Shown one piece after another: positions 55,035-64,000 of a stretch of 64,000 bases of DNA. The DNA is from Octopus vulgaris (taxonomy: Eukaryota): NCBI GenBank assembly GCA_951406725.2, contig OX597819.1, forward strand, positions 89,342,001-89,406,000. The letters are read 5' to 3'. Position 1 is the first letter of the stretch, and every line of letters begins with the position of its first letter. Position numbers and translations under genes: made by a program. The notes under the pieces were generated by a model. That model did not search any database. It was not told the origin of the DNA and saw only the letters and a program-made list of their open reading frames with translations.

Positions 55035-57385
55035 ATGCACTTTCTGGTTTTGAGAAGATTAATTTCTCAAGATTGGTATTTAGGCAGTGCATTACATATC
55101 CCAGTTCCCCAATAATTGCAGGTATAAACCTGAACTTGTAATCTGGATAGAGTAACTGCAGATTTTTCAATAGTTCAGCAGAGGTGTTCTCTTTTCCACT
55201 GATCTTCAGCTTTATGTTAACATCCGCTTGACAGCTAATTTCCACAACTGTGCACAGTTTCTCTTCTCCATCCCAAATCATATCAGGTCTGTTGTGCTTA
55301 CATTTTATTGAGGTCTTTACTGGTACATTCCACCAGTATTCCTTTTTATTATGAGTTGCTATGGCTTCTACCATATTGTGGGTTTTTATTTCTTTGTCCT
55401 CGGGATTATCCTTCCGACAGATTTCATTATAGAGCGTCCTAGCTACAACGTCATGCCTCATCGGTAGATAATACCGTGATGACATTTTCAGACAACTGCT
55501 TATGATGTGAGTAATATCTTCAGTGTGAACACCACAAAGTCTGCATCGGTCGTCACATTTTACAGCTTTTTCCCGTATCTCTATCCCTTTTGTGCATCGG
55601 GTACTTTGTTGATATTTCCTGTTCCTGGATTGCAAACGCATACCCTTCAAAGTGGGAGGTAGTAATTCGGCTATTCGTCGATAATAAACTGCTTTGATGA
55701 TCGATGTTACGATCATCACAGAGTTTTCTACTAACATATCCATGCATAATCTTCTGTTCATACAAGCTCATCCTTTCATCTGATGATATGTTGCGGTAGA
55801 GTCGTTTGACCTCTTTGGGCATGTACTCTAGGTTATCAGACAAAGAGTGTTGCTCAAGGAGCTGCCTTCTAAGTCTTATGATGTTATCAGCCTCATGTAT
55901 GCAAACTTGGTCAAGGGATCTTATCAAGCAGCCCAAATGTTGGTATGAGTGCTGGCACTGCAAACACATTGTGGGCCACTGTTTTATTGAATGCGGAGAG
56001 TTCTGAGGTCCAAATTTTCTTTAGTCAGCTGTAATATTCTTTAGTGGCACGTGTTTTGTTACAGGTGCCATTGTAAGATATATTTTCATCCACCCCTATA
56101 TACCTGTAACATTTAACGTCAGATAGAGAGGGAACAGTCAAATCATTGATGGACATGTTACTAGTCTGGTTTATAGTTTTCCCCCTTTTCACAACCATAT
56201 AACAACATTTATCCTGACCAAACTCCAACCCTACATCCTTTGAGAATGTTGTAACTAGGTCAAAGCTCTTTTTCATCCCATGCATATTCCTTGCATAAAG
56301 TTTTGAGTCATCCACAAAGAAACAGTGTATAATTTTGTTATTTCTGTTTCTTTGTGAACCAGTGAGATATCCTTCAGACTACCTTGACATGAATGACAAG
56401 GGGTTTACAGAAAGAATAAACAATATCACAAAGAGGTTGTCTCCTTGGAATACGTCTTTGTGATATTGTATTCTATCGGTGATAATAAGTCACTCTTTGT
56501 GTTTAAATTCAAGATGGTGTCCCACGATGAAGTCAGGTTAGCTATGGCTTTGACTATTCTCACTGGAACTTTAGCAAGTTGAAGGGCTTCTAGAATCCTT
56601 GAGTGGGGAACAGAGTCGAAGGCTTTCTTGTAATCTAGCCACATTTAAACTAGGTTCCTCCTATGCTCTCGCACCTCTGACATCACAGTTTTGTTGATTA
56701 ACAATTGCTTGGCACATTTCCAGACTCCCTTTTTCCCAGCACCTTGTTCTGCTGTAATAATGTTATTGGTTTCACAATGGTTTTGGAGGAAGAGGTTTAA
56801 ACATGCTGTATATATCTAATACATTAAGTCTGGCATGCAATCGGCCGGTAGTTTTTTGCCATGTGGGTGGTTCTGCATTTGGAAATCAATTTTGTCTCTG
56901 CCAGAGCTAAGCTGTGTGGTATGCTACTGTTCCCAAATGAAAGCTTGCTGATACGGATTGATTAAGATATGGTTGGTAGAATGTTAGCTTCTTGTACCAA
57001 TATTCAACAATCAAGTCTCTTCCAGGTGCTTTTCCATCCTGGAGTTTCTGGATCACACTTGCAAGAGTTTCACCATCAATATTGTATGTCTTGGATGTAA
57101 CGCAGGAGCAATAACTTATTCGGATTTCTTCCAGCCACAGAGCATCTTGGTTAAATTCCTCCACTTCACTCCAGAAGAAGTCTATGTCTTCTTGCGAAGG
57201 AGCTTCAGTGATATTTTTTGCTCCACCTCTCATGTCTCTGTATACTGTGCCTGGTCGCGGTTAAATTTTTGTTTATTGTTCTTCTGGTTAGTCTCTTCTG
57301 ATGTCGGAGTTTTTCACTGACAGCTTTTAGCTCCTGCTTTAAAGCAATCAGTTTGCAAGTGAGTGTCCCTTTTTTGCTGTCTCCA
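55035..57385 (-). mobile_element. RLE non-LTR retrotransposon, RT to RLE region, decayed
   Basis: KAPGRD, WLDYKKAFDSVPH, FQGD, VDDSKLYA, GLEFGQDKC, CCHC, RHD, RPD motifs; same family as 49968-51570. Confidence 0.93.
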
Positions 57386-57404
57386 AACATCATACACACA
57401 CGCA

Positions 57405-57455
<51 letters not shown>

Positions 57456-57513
57456 GCACGCACGCACGCACACTTGTATGTATGTTTGGTATGTGTTTGT
57501 GCTTGTGTGTGTA

Positions 57514-58395
57514 CGAGATGCGTTCAAAATGTACCCGGCTGTATGTTTTTTTGTGTGGGAAAAATCCTTTGGGCGGAAGATGATGACACCCTTCTTGCGT
57601 ATGCGCGAAAAATTTCATGTCGGCATGCCGCGTCAGTTCCCAACTGTTGCACCTAGGGAACAGACGTGTACTGCACGCTCGTCGGATTTTCGTTTTCACC
57701 GAACGAATCGAGCAGGAACATTGCATCAAGTTTTACCGAAAGCTTGGTGATATTTAGGGCCTGCTGAATTTTCAGTAGGTGTTTGACGATGATACCAAAT
57801 TCAGATCAAGGAGTGGTACAACCGCTTCAAACATGGCCGTTCCTCAATGGAAAGCTCTGACAGGCCATCCACAAGCCGAAACGAGGAGCCGATTGAGAAA
57901 ATTCGGCGAATAGTCATGGGTGACCGTCATGTAACAATCCAGGAAATCGCTCACGAAGTGGAAATAAGTACAGGAACAGTGCATTCCTTTTAAACAGAAA
58001 GTTTGTGTATGCATGCGGAGATAATCGGCAAAATTCGTTTCCAAGGCGTTCTCAGAACACCAGAAGTAACTCCGCATGGAAATCGTTCAGGACATATTGG
58101 ACTGTGCAAAGTACGACCCAGATTCATGAAGATCATCTTCACTGGCGTTGAGACGTGGGTTTATGCTTTCTGCCTCGATACATTCAATCATCTTGGTGTG
58201 AAAACGAAAATCCACCGAACGCACACTACACGTCTGTACTCTAGGCATAACATCCGGGAACTCATACAGCCTCCCAGCGCGAAAATTTTCACGCATGCGC
58301 AGGAAGAGTAGCGTTAGCCACCACCTCAAGGATTTTACCCACGTGGCATTAGTTTTGTCAAGAAAAATAAAGTCAGATACTTTTTGAATACATCT

Positions 58396-58397
<2 letters not shown>
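57514..58397 (+). mobile_element. mariner derivative with ~190-bp inverted ends
   Basis: broken N-terminal transposase (IKEWYNRFKHGR, DRHVTIQEIA, IFTGVETWVY); 58198-58397 is an inverted copy of 57514-57700. Confidence 0.85.
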
Positions 58398-58426
<29 letters not shown>

Positions 58427-58569
58427 GTGTGAGTAAAAGATTAAAGAGAGACAGACAATTATAGGTGTACGGAATGCATTTATACGAGATGTTACATATA
58501 TTTTCACTGTGTAACTAAACTTTTACAGTTGTTTCGAATATTCAATGAGTGGTCGATATTATAATACAC

Positions 58570-58787
58570 GGCGTTGAGCTGGCAGAATCGTTAGCACACC
58601 GGTCAAAAAGCTTAGCTAAATTTCTTCCGGCTTTACATTCCGACTTCAAATTCCTCCGAAATCCTCTTTGTCTTTCATCCTTTCGGGGTCGATAAAATAA
58701 CTACCAGTTGAGCACTGAGGTCGATGGATTCAACTAGCCCTCTCCTCTCCACCAAAATTTCAGGCCTTGTGCCTGTATTAGAAAGAA
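58570..58787 (+). mobile_element. SINE family A, old-tail monomer
   Basis: head GAGCTGGCAGAATCGTTAGCAC; tail AAATTTCAGGCCTTGTGCCTGTATTAGAAAG. Confidence 0.85.
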
Positions 58788-60053
58788 TTATAATGCATTT
58801 TATGCAAATAGGTGGCCTTTGAGTGGTCACTGTTTATGCTATTGTGTTGTCTATAAGTGCACATTCACTGTCCACCTCAAATCCACCAAAATATACATCG
58901 GATCTACAATTAATTTTAAGCGTTGTTACTTGGCACATATCAACTTCTTGCCTAACATTAAACGCCAACTTCTACTTCGCTGACAATACTGACAATTTTC
59001 ATTCATCACCTAAAGGCCAAAAACATACTTGTATAACATGAAGATAGGCAAACCGTATCAAGGAAGTCGGATAGCACGTAATTTCTTCTATAGAGAATCC
59101 TTCGAAATATTACATAGGAATAGATATATTATTCTAAATATATTACCTCCTGACATCATAAATTTTACAAAATATTTTCCTTTTATCACAGATCGAGCTG
59201 CAAAAATCGTTCTCTATGAGTCTATCTTTTAAATTTTAGGTTTTTCCTTTTCGCTTTTCTCTGATTTCCGAAGATTCTTTTTTCTTTTTTTTTTTTTACA
59301 TTTACGGTTATAGCCTGGTTAGAATAATGATTTCCCTTTTATCTGAGCAGAATTTTAACTTTGCTCCCATCCATAAATTTTTATTTTATCGTAATATGTC
59401 CGTTTAGACTTAGTATTCTCCAACAATCGTTTCTCCCTCCCTCCCTCCAAACTTTTCTTAAGTACACTAGGATGTAATTCGAGAGAAATTTGGCTGCTAT
59501 TTCTTATAGGGCCATGTAAACAGTGCCATCTTTAGGCAGTCATGAGCTCGAGTGCTATAAGCGATGAAGTGGGTCTGCATCTCCATCGAAATATAACGGA
59601 ATTGTTTTATTCATAAGCCCATTAGCTTCTTGAGTCTCGGTAACGCAGCACCCATAAAATGTCTGGGGATGATACTATAAGTAAGCCTCTATCGTTGGGT
59701 CTTTTGTAAATCTAGGTCGAATGCGACTCCTCTTTTATACCCGTAATACTCTTCAAGAACGGCATGAATATAGCATAACCTCACTCTTGTTCGTTACTCA
59801 TTTGTGTCTCATTAGACGACGTAGACATAGATATACAAACAGATAGAACAGTCACGATGGAACGCCTTCTATTATAGGCCTGCTCGATGAGAGCTGATTT
59901 AAGCCTAAGCAACAATATAAATTTGTCTCCTGGTGCTCGGGAAAGAAATTATGCTACATTACAACAATGTGTAAGCTATAGCCGCCGAAAGTACGCAGCT
60001 TTCGAAACTACTATGAAATACTAACTTTTAATGCTATTGTACTACATCTCTAG

Positions 60054-60191
60054 TGTTAGGTAACAATGCGATTATGTAACCTTACGCTCATCAGATGTAG
60101 TCGATATCGAATGGAATAAGTCGCCATATTTCATTTCATATCGGCTACGTCTGATGAGCGTAGGGTTATATAATCGGATTGTTACCTAACA
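60054..60191. repeat. 138-bp hairpin (54-bp arms, 5 differences)
   Basis: TGTTAGGTAACAAT...GTCGATAT versus ATATCGGC...ATTGTTACCTAACA. Confidence 0.95.
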
Positions 60192-60350
60192 TTCCGTTGT
60201 ATCACTAGCGCGAAACCGATTGGTAAGATCAACCGTGATGGATATATAATATTGTATACTTCGGATAACATACTCACTCTATTGACAAGTATACGAGTGC
60301 ATATTTTTTTGACTTGTAGACTTTTAGACGACTTACGCGTGTATATATAT

Positions 60351-60384
<34 letters not shown>

Positions 60385-60423
60385 GTGTATATATACATAT
60401 ATGTATATATATATATTTGTATA

Positions 60424-60456
<33 letters not shown>

Positions 60457-61125
60457 ATGTATGTATGTATGTATGTATATACATTATTAAACAGCTTGGT
60501 CACCTCTGTTATGTAGTTTTACTCATGAATGCCAAATTGAGCCCGTTGATGAGAAATTGGTTCTATTGATCGCAGACACATGACATCTATCTTCTAAAAA
60601 TTCACCGAGCTGTTTCTTGAAGTCAACTCTACATCCTTAGAGGTATTTGATCTAAACACAATCAGTCGATGAAATACTCGTCAATTATACTTAGTGAGCT
60701 TTTCGAGCTAACGAAGGCGCTTCTACAGGTTCGCTTTACCCACTAGAATAAAATCTCCCTCAAATCAAATCCTGTTGTCCTAAAAAGGAGGAATTCATTG
60801 AACGATCCTATACAGATCTGTATACTAGATCAGTGAAAACAAACCTATTATCAACTTCGACGTTAATAATTTCTTTAACAACTCTGTTTATTGGAGTGCC
60901 AAATCTATATATATGTGTATTTTAGTTTTTGTTTAATTCTTATAGTTATTCTTTTTATCATATAATATTGCAGGGAGATATTTTTCAAAGTCTCATTGCG
61001 TGTCACTTAAAATCCTGCGGTATGTTACTGTTGTCACGCGAGTCATTAGTTCGTCGGCACTGTCCTAGACACACAGATCGGAAAATAAATCAACTGGATA
61101 GAAAATAAATCAGAAAATAAATCCT

Positions 61126-61251
61126 AACCACATGGTTCCGGGTTCAGTCCCCACTGGCAGGCACCTTGGGCAAGTGTCTTCTACTATAGCCTCGGGCTAA
61201 CCAAAGCCTTGTGAGTGGATTTAGTAGACGAAAACTGAAAGAAACCCGCCG

Positions 61252-61324
<73 letters not shown>

Positions 61325-61556
61325 TTACACGCAGCTTTATGTGTGTCTTTGCGTCTATGTTTGTCTACCACCACCGCTTGACAACCGGTGTTGGTGTGTT
61401 TATGTCCCTGTAACTTAGCAATTCGGCAAAAGGTGTGATAGAATAAGTACGAATCTTAAAAAGAAAATAAATACTGGGATCGATTAGTTCGAGTAAAATT
61501 CCTGAAGGTGGTGCCCCAGCATAGCCGTAGTCCAATGACTGAAACAAATAAAAGAA
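61126..61556 (+). mobile_element. SINE family B, 5'-clipped
   Basis: colinear with other copies. Confidence 0.88.
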
Positions 61557-61799
61557 AAAAGTAAAGACGGAATCATTACGGTTGGAACACTTTTGATAAT
61601 AAATTAGTTTAATAGGAGCGAATATGGAGCTGACAGCAGTTGTGACACCCTCTTCTTCTGCTGCTCAATATCAATTTCGAGCTTGATAGACAATCATTCC
61701 AGACTTTTAGCATAGGCTTTTGGTGTAGAGACATTAATGGTATTATGATTAGGATTATTAACTGTTCGACCCAGCACCATATAAATTTATCCAGTTGTA

Positions 61800-62495
61800 G
61801 TCATGATGAGTCTGGCCTCGTAGTGAGAGGCCTTGCGTGTTCCGTAGATTCGAGAGAACATTACCTATTTCTTTATTACCCACAAGGGGCTAAACGTAGA
61901 GGGGACAAACAAGGACAGACATTGGTATTAAGTCGATTACATTGACCCCAGTGCGTAACTGGTACTTAATTTATCGACCCCGAAAGGATGAAAGGTAAAG
62001 TCGACCTCGGCGGAATTTGAACTCAGAATGTAACGGCAGACGAAATACCGCTAAGCAGTTCGCCCGACGTGCTAACGTTTCTGCCAGCTCTCCGCCTTAA
62101 TGTTCAAGAGAACATTACCGTCTGGAGTTTTGCTCTAGGTACGGCCACCCCAGGCGATCCGATCTCCCGGGGAGGTTCCAGACTAACGGTGACTCATGGC
62201 GCGTCGGTTTGTCGTCGAGATGACAGCCCTATCATCTAACTGTTCTGCAGAGGGCCAACAACCCAACTAGAAGAACCCTCAACCTGTTAGGACACCGACC
62301 AGAAGAAACCGGAGGGCCCAACATCGGAACGGACCTCTGCATGCCGCTGATGTAGAGAGGCTGGCATAGGACCGCCAGCAATGGCACGGGGAGGTGCATT
62401 GGTGGACCTGGTCGGCTCTACGCACGATGACGCCGCTGGGGCCACTAACCTGGGATGATCCCAGCCCTATCGAGCCAGAGTATGGCTGAGTGAGA
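61800..62495 (+). mobile_element. non-autonomous RTE derivative (5' UTR joined to 3' end), interrupted by a SINE
   Basis: RTE-type leader motifs CTTGCGTG..GGCCACCC..GGAGGTTCCAGACTAA; 3' remnant ERLA*DRQQW. Confidence 0.6.
61866..62100 (-). mobile_element. SINE family A young-tail monomer with TSD
   Basis: 17-bp TSD TTC(G/A)AGAGAACATTACC at 61849-61865 and 62103-62119. Confidence 0.93.
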
Positions 62496-63017
62496 TGTAG
62501 TTCCCCAAAACCTAGTTACTATTGAAATATAGTTACTGCTGTTGCATAGCAACAGTTAGATCGAATTAAACAGACCTGTAATCAAAGGCACTCTTTTATC
62601 TTGAAGTATAGCGTAATTAAGATTACATTACCTTTTTTGTCTTTCTTTTCTGAGATAGCAGGATGTAATTTGGTGGAGGTTTACTTGCTTTACGGGTCAA
62701 GAGACCACAAAGAGGAATCTTTCGTTTGATTGAGATAGAGTCTTATAAGAAAGAAGAGTCCAGTTCTAAAGCTTAAGAGGATTCAAAGAAACATTTGTAG
62801 AATTTTATAGTCTTGAATATTAATGAAAAACCACGATTAAGATTATCAGGAAATGGATTTACAAGTTAATGGGGTTTTTGAAATGATGGATGGCTTAAGC
62901 ATCCATCTTTTTTTAATGTATTTATGATATGAGTAACAAAGTGCGATTCGGGGAAGCTAGCGCACTTTTAGTGTTGGTTGCGGTGCTAGGAAGAAAATGA
63001 CGTGGGAGAGGGAGAGA

Positions 63018-63088
<71 letters not shown>

Positions 63089-63409
63089 GCGTTATGTTCG
63101 AAAGCGAAAACTAACTGTCCTCAAAATATTCAGAGTGGGTTCGAATTTATACATGTTGGAAAGTTGGATGTAGGCCAGAGAACAATGGAAATTTAATGAG
63201 TTTGTCTCTACTGAACTATTTTAAACTTACGAATGTGTAACGATAATATGTTGCAAGGGGTTACCGAAAATTGTAATGAGTAAATAAATGAGTGGAAGAA
63301 AAATAATTAGTTGATATGACCTTTTATTTGATCGTTACAATGTTAGATACAACTTCTTCGATTTGTTATTATACATAGATTACCTGTCTTTCTGTTATTC
63401 TTTCTATAG

Positions 63410-63470
63410 GTAGCTATGTTCATCTATTGTCGACTGCTAGAAGAACGGATGGAAAAAAGGAAAAGAAAGA
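63410..63470 (+). CDS. candidate internal exon, unverified
   Basis: polypyrimidine acceptor TGTCTTTCTGTTATTCTTTCTATAG, possible donor GTAAGA; frame-compatible with 54368-54395. Confidence 0.2.
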
Positions 63471-63658
63471 GTAAGAGAATTTAGACAAATAGAGAGGGTG
63501 AAAGTTATGTAGATGATGAGCCATACGTGAAGAACTCCTTTGGCCAGGTGCCATTCAAAAGGAAGTAGAACCGAATTTGGGTTCCGCATTTATATTTTTT
63601 CTCACTAAATTAGGTCAGGCTAAACAAAGGATTTTCTCTCTCCTATCTGCCCTGACCC

Positions 63659-63702
63659 AAGTTTGACTCGAACGGTCACAAGTTTGACTCGAACGGTCAC
63701 AG
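63659..63702. repeat. 21-bp perfect tandem duplication
   Basis: CAAGTTTGACTCGAACGGTCA x2. Confidence 0.9.
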
Positions 63703-64000
63703 GTTAACAGTTGACACTCATAAATATCCTAGTGCAAAAACCAAGAACAACAGGAAAGAATCTGGTAGAAAAATTCAGGTTAAGTTTCGAATCATGACAA
63801 AGAATCTAAGAAGCTATTCGTTGCACTTTTGCTTTAATTAAAAAAAAAATATTATTTAATATTTTTTGTACAAATGTTAACTTACGCAATAGAACTGATT
63901 TAAGTGTGACAATTGACTCTCATTTCTAAGTTCTAACGACGAGAACAACAGAAAGGAGCTAATAGAAAAATCTAGACTTAGGTTTCGATTCCTGGCTAAG

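Overview
AT-rich, repeat-saturated eukaryotic DNA. The SINE families and microsatellite density look like an octopus/coleoid cephalopod genome (inference). No intact host gene is recognisable, and most listed ORFs are microsatellite translations. The window holds at least 4 tRNA-derived SINE families, remnants of Tx1-clade, R4/Dong-type (RLE) and RTE non-LTR retrotransposons, several Tc1/mariner elements, a hATm-like derivative and probable Helitron ends. It also has a Merlin-type family with TTAGGG-bearing MITEs and Penelope-type hammerhead motifs. The most interesting signal is a SINE whose younger variant carries a Tx1-like 3' tail and repeatedly forms head-to-tail arrays inside older copies of itself at two recurrent junctions. 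Other highlights are retrotransposons stacked in (TAA)n or (CATA)n microsatellites and several fold-back structures. Coordinates were read by eye and may be off by a few to tens of bases unless a TIR/TSD is quoted.
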